Part shown: piece by piece, positions 10,831 to 24,571 of the stretch | Layout: every line of letters starts with the position of its first letter | How positions within the stretch are numbered: the first letter of the stretch is position 1 | Assembly: GCA_965153285.1 (NCBI GenBank) | Contig: OZ229112.1 | Reading direction: 5' to 3' (one strand) | Source of the DNA: Podarcis tiliguerta | Taxonomy: Eukaryota | Length of the DNA stretch: 64,000 bases | Position numbers and translations under genes: made by a program | Notes under the pieces: model-generated | What the model saw: the letters and a program-made list of their open reading frames with translations, nothing else | Databases searched by the model: none | Told to the model about the DNA's origin: nothing

Positions 10831-12492
10831 GGTGACAAACGGAGGATATATCCCCTTTGGTCTCTTCCTGTCGTCACCTTTCCTGCAGGTTTCAGGAAAG
10901 GCGAATCTTCCTTTCGCGCTCCCGAAGTGCACAAAGACCTCTCACATCGCTGGGCCAGGGCCTTAGCAACCTCTTGCATCCCCCCAACAGTTGTACCTGC
11001 AAGCACAGTTTTGGTTAGGGGAGGACTAACACAAAGGCATAGTTGTTCAGCCAAAGTTGGCGGGCTTCCCCCCCCCCCCACAAAAAAGTCACGGAGGACG
11101 CAATCCTATGCACACTTACTTGGGAGTAATTTAATTTAGTAAGACGTCTCAGTAAGTTTAGAGCTGGCCTAAGAGGTTGCCTAAGGTGGAGGAGCAAGTG
11201 GTACACCTGCCCTCCGTTTATGGTTCATAAGGCTGGTTCAGTGATTTTGGTATCCAGGGCTGGTTCAGTGATTTTGGAACATGAGACAGAAAATCCAGAA
11301 AAACCTCTTCCACCCCCCTTGCTGGCAGTAGGAAGATAATAACAATAACAGACTACTACAAATTCGCTGCCCTTCCATTACCCTTAAAAGCAGTTGCCTA
11401 AGGCACACTCTTCATTTCCTAATGGTAGGGTTGCCCAACATGTTTTTGGGAATTTATCTTCAGGTTCTTTGGTCATTATTCTTTCTTAGAAAAGCAGAGA
11501 ATGCTTGTGGGTTGTGGGAGCTTAGTTCTTTGTGGATTGAATAGGAACGTAGGACCATGCTAAGTTTGAAACCAAACATAGTATAGGTACTTGAAATATA
11601 TTTCGGGAGAAATCAGTAGGGTTAATAGGCTAGGTCATACAGCAGATTGCTAAAGTAACCTGTCCTTTGGAAAATAATAATTGTGTCCATTTTCACAGGT
11701 GTATATGGGAATAGGTAAGGTAAACAAAAATAAAATAAAAGGAGCAATATTTATACAGGAATGAAAAGCAGTTAAGCAGTTGTCCATATACGAGGCTACA
11801 ACACAAATTACCTAACTAGGAAATAAGTCCCACTACACATAGTGGAGTCATTCTGAGTAAATACGCACATGATGACACTGATTGCAATTGTAATTGCTTT
11901 GGTTCCCAAAGTACTTCTTATCTTTTGGCTTTTGATTTTCAGAAATTCTGCTAGTTTGAAAATCATTTCAGCTAAGCATCTGAGGAACAGTTTCTTAGAT
12001 GGGGATATTGAAATAAAATAGATTATTTAGGAAGTATAAATATTTCATAATTGATTTTTAATGTTCTGATTGTTTATAGGTATGAAACCCAAGTAATTTT
12101 AAATACTTATGTCTATCAGCCTTTGGCTTACCTCACAATTCATCTTTTAATTTCTGCTCTACTGCTTTGCAGTTGTAACCTTAGAAGAGTTTTAGTATAT
12201 TTGTTTTGATTTATAATTTTACTATGCTTGTTCCTATAGCAGAATATAACACAATTAAAAATAAGCCTCTTTATATTCAATGGGATTTGATTTCTGATAA
12301 CTCTGTTTAGGATTGCTGTTAGACAAATTAAGTTTATACAATAAAAACTTTTTATACCCCATCTCTTAAAGCAGTACTAGAAAATACTTAGCCGTTACTG
12401 AGGGAAATAAATCAGTTATGTGGGCAGACAGCAACAGTGTTGTTGTTTTTAGCCTAGCACGCAATTTCTTGGAAATTAAAGGTGGCGGTCTC

Positions 12493-12629
12493 CAGTGTTT
12501 TTCAAACTTGGATCCCCAGCTGTTGTTGAACTACGACTCCCATCATTCCTGACCACTGGTCCTGCTAACTTAAGGTGATAGGAGTTGTAATCCAACAATA
12601 GCTGGGGACTCAAGTTCGAGGAAAAACTG
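12493..12629. mobile_element. Short palindromic hAT-like MITE (actac.actcccatca...ggagttgta family)
   Basis: Inverted-repeat structure shared with 47743 and 60185. Confidence 0.7.
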
Positions 12630-13736
12630 CTGTAAGCAGTGTGGTGCCAAATCCTTTCCCATTATTATAGATTTTTTTTAGCCCATGGGCCACATACACA
12701 TTTAACCAGGGACCTCATGCCAATGGTGGATGTGGCCATTCCACGCTTCCATACCCACACTCACATGTGCACACAGGGCACATAGGCCCTTGGCCTTAGC
12801 TGTTCCTCAAGCTGGCCCTTACATTCCCCAGCCCAGCAGGGACCTCCCTGTTCATCAAGTTATCAGACTGATGGCTGGGCAGGGATTGATTGGGTTGTCA
12901 TCAGGGCACTAGACTGTGTGTGTGTTTTTTTGTTTACTTCACCCACCCCAATGTTATGTCTCTCTTGTTTGCTCCCAAAATTGGTAGGTTCTTTAGAGGG
13001 CCAGGGAAATGATTTGGGAGGCTTGATTCAGCTTCCAGGCCAGGAGTTAGCTACCTCTGCTCTAAGGAAAATAGTGCTGGGGGCACAGCACTGATGTAAT
13101 ATGTAGATCAAGAAAACTGAACAGAATTGTGGGGACCTTTCATTAAAGCTCCTAGAGTATGAGTAAGAACCTGCTACTGGTCCTTTTTGATCTTCTGGCT
13201 TAGAATGAGCAGAGCTGCTTGTGATCAGCCCAACCAAGTGAGCAGGAGCTTTCCCCAAATATTCAGTGGCATAAAAAAATAGTGAAATTGACTCAGGCCA
13301 TTTATAAAATAATTGTACAATACTCAGGCAAGATTCCTGGAAATTAATAGTACTGTATAAAGATTTTCCTGAAAATCCAGACTGCTGACTTGCTGCCCAG
13401 TGTTCTGAAAAGGAAAGGTTGAAAACTTGTGATAGCTGGGGAGTTGAAACCCAACTTAGAAGTGAACAGTAGCCTACTTGAGAGGGACATAAGTCACTTC
13501 CAGGTTAGATAAAGGAGCCCCAAACTGCAATTATGGTTTTATTTCTGCTCATGGCATAAGTGATACATGGGTGGAGTTTATAAAACCACCCATATAAAAT
13601 TGCATATTTATAAACATGAATTCACCAGTAGTCATGTACTGTGGCAAAGCAGTTACGTGAGTTTTCTGGATAATTTTGAATCAGAATTTTTCAGTGCCTT
13701 AAATTGATTGGGATTGGATTTAGTTTATTTGAATTA

Positions 13737-13947
13737 CAGTGGTACCTCCGGTTGTGCATGGGATCCGTTCCGGAGTTCTGGTCAGATCCTGAGGAATTTG
13801 CAGTCGGAGGTGCCTGTTCTGCACGCGGTGTGGTAGAGCGCTTCTGCGCATGCACGCGGCAAAACCCAGAAAAATACTTCCGGCTTTGCCGCATGCGTAA
13901 CCCGAAGGATACGCAACCAGAGGTGTATGTATCCAGAGGTACCGCTG
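13737..13947. mobile_element. Tigger-like MITE, family B variant
   Basis: TA|cagtggtacctccggtt ... ccagaggtaccgctg|TA; tgcgcatgc core. Confidence 0.8.
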
Positions 13948-14518
13948 TATTTGGTTTTTGGATTTTAATTAAGCCTTGTTTATACATGCATGCTTGAGCA
14001 CACAAATCTACAAATCATTAGTTCTCATGTGAGAGAGAAGATGCTTTTCAGAGACAGTCATCTAACCAAAAAAATGTTGTTGGAACTTTGAAATGCCCCA
14101 AATTTAACTCTATTCTTTCCATCCATTTTATTACTAATTAATTTTATGAAACAAAAAATAATCCAAGAAAGTGAGAATATTCTGTAGAAACAAACGTCAC
14201 TGGGGATATTTTCTGCCCTACATTATTGGCTGCAATTTTTCTTAATGGTAAAGTTGTCAATCTAGTTCCATTGCCTACGCATGTGTTCACAGATGCCTTC
14301 AGTGCAGATGAGTGCAAGTTTGATGTGCATTGTCTGATTTAAGTTGGCGTTAACACTTTAAATTGTTTAATTTCACAGTGGTTTTGGCTTATTCCTTGAA
14401 TTTAATTTGATTAGTTTTCATTTCAAAGCAACAAAGGTGATGTCAAAGCAGCTTACAACAATAACGTAATCTATCCTAATAATTAGCATGATAGAACTGT
14501 ATTTTTCTCCAATTGCAG

Positions 14519-14748
14519 AGACGTTCCACAGGCCGGCGCTCATGTTCCCCAGGCCGGCACTCACGTTCCCCGGGCCGGCGCTCACGTTCCCCGGGCCGGC
14601 ATTCTCCAAGTCGACATTCTGAGTCTTCAGTGGAACAGAATTTACGGATCACAGTTGGCAATGACCGTTACGGCATTGACACACCTGAGAGAAAGAGAAT
14701 ATCTGATAGACTAGGCTCACCAGTTGATAGTCTAAGTGATTTGGACAG
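14519..14748 (+). CDS. ZNF318: ZNF318 exon 2 (RRSTGRR...LRITVGND...DRLGSPVDSLSDLD)
   Basis: ttctccaattgcag acceptor, CAG|gtatgc donor; conserved LRITVGND and SDRLGSPVD motifs. Confidence 0.92.
14522..14605 (+). repeat. Coding minisatellite, 4 x 21 nt, (R/C)S(P/T)GR(R/H)S heptads in ZNF318 exon 2
   Basis: Units of the cgttccccgggccggcgctca type start at 14522, 14543, 14564 and 14585. Confidence 0.9.
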
Positions 14749-16566
14749 GTATGCCTCTGAAGAATAGCCTTTCAGAATTACACCTTTTAGTTCTTGTATC
14801 ATAGGTGATATAAATGATCACCAACTTGCTGTGAGATGGTATGGAAATTGTATTGGATGGAATATATCAAGAATCCCACATCTAAGAGATGTTTTGCTTT
14901 CTTCACTTTTACGTCGTATTGGTACTCCCAAGTAGTTGCCAAAACCCGGTGGTAGCTCTTAAACTAAAATTGTGCAGTAAGATTAGATTCTGAAGAACTG
15001 CATGCATACAAGTACAGGAATAATATGAATGTATGATTATTGTTGCTGTAATGTTAACCATGTTGTTGATAGTGATGGAATATATTATAAATGCCCATAA
15101 ATTAGAAAGGGATAAAGTTGAAGATAAAAAAACATAAATTAGGAAGTTAAACAGCTAGTTGGCTGAAGGCAACATAAGATTCTCACTAGATCAACACTCT
15201 TGAGTTTTTATGAGAATTTATTTCAGTGGTGACCTACTGTGGATAAAGTTTTTATGTTAGAATCTTGTGAAGCATAATTTATTTTTATTTTTTAATTAGC
15301 TCATTTGACTGGAGGGGTACATTTAAATTTTGTTCTTCCCTGCTGTATGGTGGTAGCAGTGCTGGTAAAGTTTTTCTGGGTACTTTATTCCCAGTATATA
15401 TAAATAAATAGGAGAGTGTCTTTTATGAAATCTGATGAATACTTTTTCTCCTTCCTGTCATGCTGGCTTTTGTGAAGGCAGACACTGCATTATTAAGAGT
15501 GGGAAATGACTAATTATTTTACTTGCATATAGGGGAGGAATCACTTAGAGACAGAACCTATAATGTAGTCCTTCAGAGAAGTTTACAACAACGTTGATTG
15601 CAGTGGCAGAAAATAAAGTTGCTTTGATCCAGGAATTGTAAATAAGCTTTGGAGAAGGAGTGGACCATTTACAGTTTAGTGAGATTGTAATCATAAGAAA
15701 TTGCTGAGTGCTTGTTCACATGTAGTGCTATATAGGATGGGTGGGAATTTATTTATGCGCCTCCTCTATATGTAGGACATGTAGTGTGAATTGTGGCCTG
15801 TTGGTGTATGTTTGTGCACTGTTCACACCAAACATCACTTTAGCAGGGCCTCGTTGGTATGAATATTTAGTAAACACCCAGGACAAGCTTTCGGAATACC
15901 ACTCTTGCAGAATGTATACAATATTGCCCACAGAGTGGAAAACAATAGATTTAAAACAGCGTTCTTCTGCTAGCATCAATGATAGTATTACGAGAGGTTT
16001 TGAAAATATGTTTGCATCTGAGGAGTGTGGTGCATGCAGATAATTTCACACAACCTTTTCTGAAGAAGAATGGTGGGAGATGGGCAAAAAAGTACAAAGC
16101 TGGTTATTAATCATTTTTCCTTAATTGAAATCATGAGGATTTTTAATTGTTCAATCTACAGTACTACCTGTTTTTTTCTGCTCACTTTATTTTTAGTAGA
16201 CTCTGATCTAAGAGGTTAGCAGTAGCAGCAAATACGGAACTGAAATATTTGCTTTCTGAAAATGAATCGAAGTTCAAGAGAGAATTAAGCACCCATTTAG
16301 TAAATTTACTAATTAGTGCTTCTTGGGGGAATTACTATTTCTAGGGTGAAACTGCTTTCATTTTCTTTATTTTTCTGATATTTCTTGTGAAACGGAAGAG
16401 TCTTTGAGACATAAAAAGTAACAGCAAAGTCATTAAGAACAAGGATGGCTTAAGTTGGACCTGTAGTTGAGTGCCCATGCTTAGGGTGCTAGTTGTCTAT
16501 ACTTGCTTTCAGGATTTTCCTTCTGTCCATGCCCCTTAACAGTAAGTCAGTATTTGTTGTCTACAG

Positions 16567-16906
16567 CAGGGATGTCCAACTCCCAAGAGACTGCGATCTA
16601 CTCACAAAAAAAAATATGACCTTCTTTCGGGGTTCAGGTCAAAGTTGTTGAGCTTCTTTTGGGGAGGAAAGTCAAAGTTGTTGAGCTTTATTTTGGGGGG
16701 AAAAAATCACTCACCAAAAGATTGATCAGGAAACAAAAAGCCTCACAGTGAAAACTCCGTCTTCTATTCTAGCGATCATGCGCAAATGGAGGCGCCGGGT
16801 CCAGGTCCTATTCCCCCCCCCCCCCCCAAGGAAAAATCGACCATGATCAACTCCAACCTCATGGGGATCAACAAGTTGATTGCGGTCGACCGGTTGGACA
16901 TCCCTG
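16567..16906. mobile_element. Non-autonomous hAT element
   Basis: Perfect 14-bp TIR cagggatgtccaac / gttggacatccctg and perfect 8-bp TSD gtctacag. Confidence 0.88.
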
Positions 16907-17841
16907 GTCTACAGGATATACTTAATTGTCATTTGGATTCTTTTGCCTTAAGTCTTTTGTGTAATTCTACAAATCTTGAGGTTTTCCTGAGCCTGCTGAC
17001 AATTGCCTCATGTGCATCAGTGCTGCTCTTTTGACTTAAGTAAATTTCTGTGCTGGAGAATTGAATTCACTTTTTGTATATAGGATACTTGCACTGTCCA
17101 TTGTTTGTAGCTAGTTCAGAGTGGCAACTTAATCTTGGTAACAAACATAGTTTTGATTGAAACTCTCTTCCAATTGATATCCTGATCCTATGGACTTGTT
17201 TTAGGTGTAATTGGGTCTATAGTGGCTTAAGTGCTATAGCTAAACCAGAGCACTGTGTTGGATAACTGAGTTGAGTCCCATTTGCCATTATCTACCTTAT
17301 TCTCCTGGGAACTAACTACCTTTTGGTTGCAGATGTACACAATAGATTGTGAAAGACCTTAGAATGTAATTCTGTATTATTTGCTCCTGTCAAAGTGGCA
17401 TTGCTGTTCTGTTTTAAAGTTCATATTTGAGGTTGAGACACTTTGGTCTGATTATTTGAGCAATTTGTGTGATGAGCTGCTCATAATGTCAAAGCACAAG
17501 AAATCGGCAAAACCACATTTCACTGTTCATTCACAAATTACATTACATGCATATATTATATAAACTTCACTGTTTTTCTTGAAAAATCTTTGAACTGTTA
17601 AGGACAGTGATATTTTGTCTTCTAAATGCTGGGTGCATGGGGGGGAATCTCAGAAAGCAGGTTTTGAAAATACTAGCAGGGAAAATGCTTATGTTTTCTT
17701 CTATAATAATATTGTTGCTGATGATGGAGGAATCATAATAGCCATGGTGTAAAAATACTTCTAAGTAATGTTATGTTGCTCACTTCTCCTATTTCCATCC
17801 TGATGAAGTTATTGCTTCCCTGGATGGTCAGTCAGACATAA

Positions 17842-17873
17842 GAATGAATGAATGAATGAATGAATGAATGAAT
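17842..17873. repeat. (GAAT)8 microsatellite; an imperfect (GT)n(AT)n tract follows at about 17928-17973
   Basis: Read directly. Confidence 0.9.
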
Positions 17874-18486
17874 TGTAATGTATGTAGTCCAAACTTAAGT
17901 AAAACAATTAAGGGGTGGGGGGGTGGGTGTATGTATGTGTGTGTGGTGTGTGTGTGTGTATATATATATATATGAAATAACCTTACAAAAATTACTAGCC
18001 CGCAGGTCAAAGGAGGGACAGAGCACTGTGTTTCTGTGCTGGGCCAAGAGGAGGAGGCTTTCCTCCTCTGGCAGCCTCTGGGTTTCTCTGTTGGCCTCAG
18101 AAGTAGCAGAACGCTCTGTCTCTCCTCTGCCAGCCTACTCACTCACCTGCATGCAGCCCGTTGTTGCCTGTGGCTGCCAGGCTAATGCTTAAAAGCTGTA
18201 TAAAATAAAGATACTTGATTGGATCCAGAGTTCTGTGGGCAAAATTTCACTCATGGAACAAGGTGCTCTCAGGTCTTGGCTCTCCTCTGTTTATGTTGCA
18301 TGTCTCATGGTCATAAATATCAAGACCTCTAAAATGAGTGGTGAAGGTATTGCTTAATATGCAGCATCTCCAGAAACAGCCATCTTAGCTTCAAAGCATG
18401 AATCATGCATTTTACGCCTCTCTGAGTTCAGGGGATGCTGTTCCAAGTTCCTGACTTTGTTGTAACTTATGTGCCTCTCTTATCAG

Positions 18487-19090
18487 GGATGACTTGGCCG
18501 ATGGTCCAATATTTAGCAGAGGCCTTTCACGTCCTCGAAGCCTTGAGCGATATCCCTCCTGTGAGGAAAATGCTTCTAGTCCTTTCAGTATGAGACATAA
18601 TGAGGACTCTCACAGTAGGGATGTTTTCCTCCACCAATCAGACTATAGCATGAACTATGACCATCTACAGGCTCTCCCAAGGGAAACTGATAGGGATGGT
18701 GTACTACTTAGGAAGTCCTCGTATTCATCAGAGGATAGAGGGCGAGAGCCCAAACGTCCTCGATATGACAGAGACAACAGACTAATTGATATGAGCATAG
18801 AGCCTCAGGGTTTCCTGCCAGGGACACGAAACTATCGTAAGCGAAGTCCCAGTAGGAGCCCAAGCCCACCATATCTGGATTTCCGCGAGCTTGAAAGTGC
18901 TAGGAGAAAAAGAGAAGAGGAGCTGAGCAGAAATTTGAGTCGAGAATTGCCTGGACATGGTTATATGATCCCTGACAGGAGCAACCCACTGCAGTCTTCT
19001 GAACCTCGGTATCTCTATAGACCGGATGAAGCACCAGCAATGCCCAAAAAGTCCATCTTGAAGAAACGCGTAGACGATCCTTCTGTGCAG
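18487..19090 (+). CDS. ZNF318: ZNF318 exon 3 (DDLADG...KRPRYD...FRELESARRKREEE...MPKKSILKKR)
   Basis: ctcttatcag acceptor, CAG|gtttgg donor; phase 2 to 0. Confidence 0.93.
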
Positions 19091-19404
19091 GTTTGGCCCA
19101 TATTTTTTTCTCTCCTTACTAAACTGTCAGTTACACTTTGCTGCTTTTTAGTAAATCTCATTTTACTTAATCTCTGGAGTAGATACCCTCAGAACAATAC
19201 CCAGGTCACCCTTGCTGTTGTGGAATCTTAAATGCCAAAATAACAGCATATTTAGGAACTGCTGTGTCTCTTTCACACCTTCCTACGGTTGACTGTTACT
19301 GTTCTAAACCACTGGCTACGATCCTGGTGTATCAAAGTTTTGTCTGTTTTATTGGTTATCACTGAATGTATTCACAAATGACAATTATTTCTTTTTTCTT
19401 TTAG

Positions 19405-20814
19405 CCTGAAGTCTTTTCCACCAGTTCTGCCTCTGTCAGAGAGCCTCCCCTTATTACAGATCATCCTCCTTCGCAGAAGCGTAGCAGCATTGCTCCTTTT
19501 TCATCTGAGGTGGAGAATTTCCTTAAACAGTTCAACAAAAGTGCAGTTGCAGAATCTACAAATAAAGAGTCTCAAGGGAGTGTGCATAATTGGAAACTAA
19601 ATTCTGGCCAACAGCAAAACACTTCCCCCTTTGAACAGAATTTCGGCAGTTTTTTGAAACAGAAAGACTATCATGAGTCCATATCGGAGCCTGAAGACCG
19701 GCACAGTGACTTCTTACTTCCTCATGAAAGAGCCAGCCAGGATGGGAGTGGCTTTTCACGCATTCTTGGTATGATGGCAGATTCTACCAGTGCTCAGGAA
19801 AAGAGAAGGCGTGGCTTTCCTGACATTGAGGATGAAGAGAAGTTTCTTTATGGCGATGATGAAGATGACTCTAGCATTAATTCCCCTGCTACTCTAAAGC
19901 CAACACTTAGTGTTGTTAAAGAACCCGAAAGCCTGAAAGAAAGTTCTCCACCTCCTGCTAATCCCTCTGTAAAACCTGGAAAATCCAGACCAGAATATGA
20001 GAAAATTCATGACTTGCTCAAAACTATTGGTCTTGACATTGGGGTAGCTGAAATTGGTAAGCTTGCTGCCCGCACTCAGGAACGCCTCCATGGGAAAAAA
20101 GCATCTCGTTCTCCTGATCGTCATTCAATAACGTCTCATAAATTGGAATCTAGGGAGAGGCGTCGCAGTCGTAGTGACACTCATTCTCCAGAATCAAGGC
20201 AGCATCACTCTCTCTCTCCCTCTGGTTCTTTCCCGCCATCTAAAGATATACCCTCTATTTCAAATTCTGAGCACACAGAAAGCATAACTGTAGGGCAAAA
20301 TAATCCCACTCCCATACCAGAACAGTCTGTTCCCCCAATATCTCTAATGCCATCGGCTCCACCTCTTCCTAATTTGTCTTCTACTTCCACTTCGGTTTCC
20401 CGGTATAGAGTTTCTCGCTTTTCACCATTCACTGCAACTCAACTGCCACAAAACTATCCATCTCCCACAATGCCTCCTCCTGGTTATGATGCATATGGAC
20501 ACTATATGGCATATGCAGCATCTGGCTGGCCCATGTATGCTGCTCCTCAGCAGGCTGACCCCCCACTTTCAGATGTACATGGGCTTGTCACACTGACAGT
20601 ACCACCAAATCCCACGCGACCCAACCTCCGAGTTATTGAGACGGTTTCCACAGGCAAAGGGACTCCTAATACCAAGAGAGATGACTCTGTGCTTGTACAA
20701 ATCCCTAGTTCTACGACTTACTCAAAATTATCCCCTCAGTTTTCTCAGCCTTTTCTTAAAAGTGTTAAAGAAAGAATATCTGATGAAAGAAATCGGGCTT
20801 CTCAGAAGCTAAAG
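19405..20814 (+). CDS. ZNF318: ZNF318 exon 4 (DFLLPHERASQDGSGFSRIL...FPDIEDEEKFLYGD...KIHDLLKTIGLDIGVAEI)
   Basis: ttttcttttag acceptor, AAG|gtgagt donor; blocks highly conserved with recalled ZNF318. Confidence 0.95.
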
Positions 20815-21981
20815 GTGAGTATTTTTAATGATGTTGATAATTTTGTTTCTTACAACACACAATCTAAAGGCATAAGAATGCTGAATATCTGTGTTTATTT
20901 TTCAATCTTGATACTTTACCACTCTCCGCATATCAGAATTTCTGCCTTCCATGTAGCAGTTAATGTATCAGATATATGCCATAGGATGTAAAATTGGTTC
21001 CTTATTTAGGATTTTATTCATTGATGCTGCCATTTAACAGCAGTTCTGAGTACTTCCAATTTGACCTTTTCTCTGTATCCATGTGACATAGCAATTTTTG
21101 GAATAGAATGTGCCTCCAGTGTTTAAAAATATTTGGCTGTTCAATTAATCTGTGGCAGGAGATGCCTTATAAACACTTGAAACAAGGACACAGCTTATTA
21201 CTGAGTTGAGTTTCTTAGTGTGTTTCAAGTAGCATTTAAAATTCTTGAAACAAAGTGAAACAGATTACAGTCCTGTGAAATATTCCAAATTAGCAAGGTT
21301 CTCATAAAAATCTCTTCTAGGTTTTATTTTTATATTCAGTTGCATTTGTGCATTTGGTGTCTTCATTTAGGAGTGAAGAGAAACATCTACTAAATAATAA
21401 GATTCTAGAATAGTAACTAGTACAAGACTAAATTCACCAGGAAAACAGGCAAATATTTCCAAAAATGGATGCTTAAATATTATTACATTGCAGTAGATTA
21501 TGGCTACGTTCCAACAGAGTTAGTATGTGCTGCAGCCCATTGATTTCAGTGGGCTTAGGCATGCTTAATTTTAATTAAACATCCAGTTGTGTCCCTCCTT
21601 TGACAGAACATTCTTTCAGACTGGAGGCTTCTGTGAGCAGGAAGGGGTGTGTATGATTTTTTTAAATAACATTTTCCATCTGCAGCCCCTTCACTCATTT
21701 CAAAGAACTTCCTCTGTAGTTGAGAGAAAAGCAAAAGTTACTTAATTATTAAACTTTTATTTTGATTGAAAAATCAACATAGATACAGCATAGAATAAAT
21801 GAGCTGCAACCTCTGAGCAGAGATGCATTTGCATCAGATACTAATCCACAAGGATACTTTAACATGATTATTGGAATTTCTCAAATTCAAGAAAAAGCAG
21901 TGGGAGTCATCCCAATGTTTCTTTGACTGGTCGATGAAAGAGGGTATTTTTATATCTTTGTTTCCTTCATTAACTTTCTAG

Positions 21982-22081
21982 GTAATGGAAGAAAGAGAGA
22001 AGTTGAGGTCTGAACAGGAAGCACGACAAAAGAAACTGCACTATCTCAGGACTGAATTAGAACGACTTTTAAAACAGCAAG
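21982..22081 (+). CDS. ZNF318: ZNF318 exon 5 (coiled coil, VMEEREKLRSEQEARQKKLHYLRTELERLLKQQ)
   Basis: actttctag acceptor, AAG|gtactg donor; 100 nt, phase 0 to 1. Confidence 0.92.
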
Positions 22082-22377
22082 GTACTGTTCTCATTTTATG
22101 CCTCATTTTTCCCTGTGATGCTCTATAGTGGTGATACCAAGTGTAGGATTATTTTTACTTCTAATTTAGGCACCCCTAAATATTAGCCTAAACAGGAATT
22201 AATTATTGTGGATCCTGTATTGATTATTGCCAGTTCTGCATTCAGTAATGTGGACAGAACTTTCTGGCATTTGGGCCCAACAGAATGGTGTGGATCACAT
22301 TTAAGTACACAAAATAATTTTGCATGTGTTAACATGATTTTCTTATGCTTCCTGCTCCGCTACTTTGACCGACTCAG

Positions 22378-22661
22378 GGGAGATGCTGCGGAAGAAACGT
22401 AGGGAGAAGGATGGACACAAAGACCCTTTGCTAATAGAAGTGAACAAACTACAGGAGAACATTATGAACGAGATTTCTCAGCTGAAGTTACATGCAGAGG
22501 CTGCAGAGAAGAAACAATCTGAGCTTGACAAAGTAGCTCAGATCCTGGGTATTAATATATTTGAGAAGTCCCGGAAGCAATCTTCAGAAAATAAAGACTC
22601 ATCAGAAAAAAGCAAGTCAGAAAATGCAAAAGGTCAGGAGAGAACTTCCAACTCAGTCAAG
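22378..22661 (+). CDS. ZNF318: ZNF318 exon 6 (GEMLRKKRREKDGHKDPLL...ELDKVAQILGINIF)
   Basis: gactcag acceptor, AAG|gtaaaa donor; conserved coiled-coil sequence. Confidence 0.93.
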
Positions 22662-24173
22662 GTAAAATTCTAAGTGCTGATTCTAACTGATGTTCTCACT
22701 TTTGGTAAAAACAGGGTGTTTGGAAGAATTTCTTGCCACCCGCTTCTTACATATTAAGTTCAAACTTTGTTAAGCTGTCACTTGTGTTTGACATAATTTT
22801 TATTTATTATTAGTATCCTGACTTTGGGGGTCACACATTCTTACCATGTGACTTAAAAGTAACATTAAATTCGTAAAAAATACAATAAACAATATCAACA
22901 AAAATAATAATAATCAAGATCCTTCCCACAGGGAAGTTGGTGATAGAAAGGCCTAAGACAGGGAGGTAGTAGTCTTTCCTGAATCCTTTCCACTGGTCCA
23001 GGAGTGGAGGGAATGATTTTAAGAGGAGGCTGGTGTTAGAATAATCTGATGACATTCTGCAGAGTAGGGAAAAAACAGAATGTTTATGCACAACGGTTAT
23101 CAGGTAGTTTCTGAAGGACCATGAATGTTGATTATTTCATGGAGCTTGTAATTTTAATTTCAAATAGCTTTCTGTGTGGTCCAGTTTTGAAAAACTTACA
23201 TAAATTGAATTAATAGAAATTGCTAAAAACACAACACCCATAATATAATGTTGATTTTTTTCTCTCCCCTTCAGCCTGAGGAAGTGCATAAAGAGAGAAG
23301 TCTATGTGGTGCTGAATATGATTCATTCCTGTTTTTTTCTGTCTTAAATAATGCTATGATTATCTTTTGACTTGCTATGATTACCTTTTGACTTGAAATT
23401 CTCTACCTCAGGCAGATTTTTATGCTCCTGCAATAGCCTTCATTTTCTTTAATAAACATTTTTAAAAGGGAAGAAATCATTGTGGCATTTTCTGGTTTGA
23501 TGTAAAGAATCTGATAATTATTTGGGAAGGAGACATGCATGTTTTTTCTTGTTGATCACAAGTGTGGAGTGACACAGTCTCTGGAAAAATGACAGAAAAC
23601 CCCCCAAGAGAATTGAGTGGGAATGCAATTCTAATTTGGGTTGCCTTCCAAAACCTAACAGCCTGCTTGCATCAGGGTGGATTTTCCCTTCTGCTACTCA
23701 TTAACTTGGAAACTGTGAGAGAGTAATTTCCTAGCTCTTCTGAAAGTGAAACACTATGGAAAACACTGGATATGTGATCTCCTTAAGTCTGCTTTGCCGA
23801 CTAGACCCTGCTTGTAGGCTTCCCACAGACAGAATGCTAGACTAGATGGGCTTCATCCCAGCATAGCTGCTGTTACAATCATATAAAGACAAATCAGTTG
23901 TTAGAGCTCACAGCCCATTATTTGTCGGAGCAAGCAGATCAGTGGAAGAGGAGGGGGATGTCTATATAATGCCAAAACATTCTTTATGATTCTCAAAGAA
24001 GGGAGCTGGAGGATATGAGCACACAACATTAAACATAATGCTTTTCTTCACTGACTGATAAACATTTTTGGAAGAAAAAACTACAGTATCTTGATTGGGA
24101 TACAAGGGTCTTATGTTGGTACTCTGGTCTCCTGATCCAGTCAGTTCTTACAATAGGTTGGAAGAGCAATTTA

Positions 24174-24255
24174 CCATATTTTTCGCCCTATAGGACGCAC
24201 TTTTTCCAAAAATGAAGGGGAAATGTGTGTGCGTCCTATGGGGCGAATGCAGGCT
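24174..24255. mobile_element. Truncated relative of MITE family A (left end only)
   Basis: ta-ccatatttttcgccctataggacgcac...ggggaaatgtgtgtgcgtcctatggggcgaatgcaggc aligns to the family A left arm; no right TIR seen. Confidence 0.6.
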
Positions 24256-24571
24256 TTCGCTGAAGCCTGGAGAGCGAGAGCATACTGCACACATGCACCG
24301 TGTACTCCATGGGATGTCATCCCTTGATTGCTTAGTACCTGCAACCTTGGCAACATGCTTGAGTCTCGTTGGAAGTTCTTTCCTGTTGACTGAACAACAT
24401 CTGAGTCGGCAGTGCCAGCTCACTGAAATGGTGGAATTATCCTGGGCATTGACAAGCAGGTGATATATAGTTACATATATGTATATTTTGTGTGGTTTCT
24501 ACTAAAGGCTAGTTTTGAGGCACTGGCTGTCATTCCACAGTTAGTAATATTTCATTTTTCCCCCAATTTAG

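Noticed and set aside
10033-11139. Overlapping GC-rich ORFs on both strands around ZNF318 exon 1
   Set aside because: Stop-poor CpG-island sequence; only the 10429 frame matches ZNF318.
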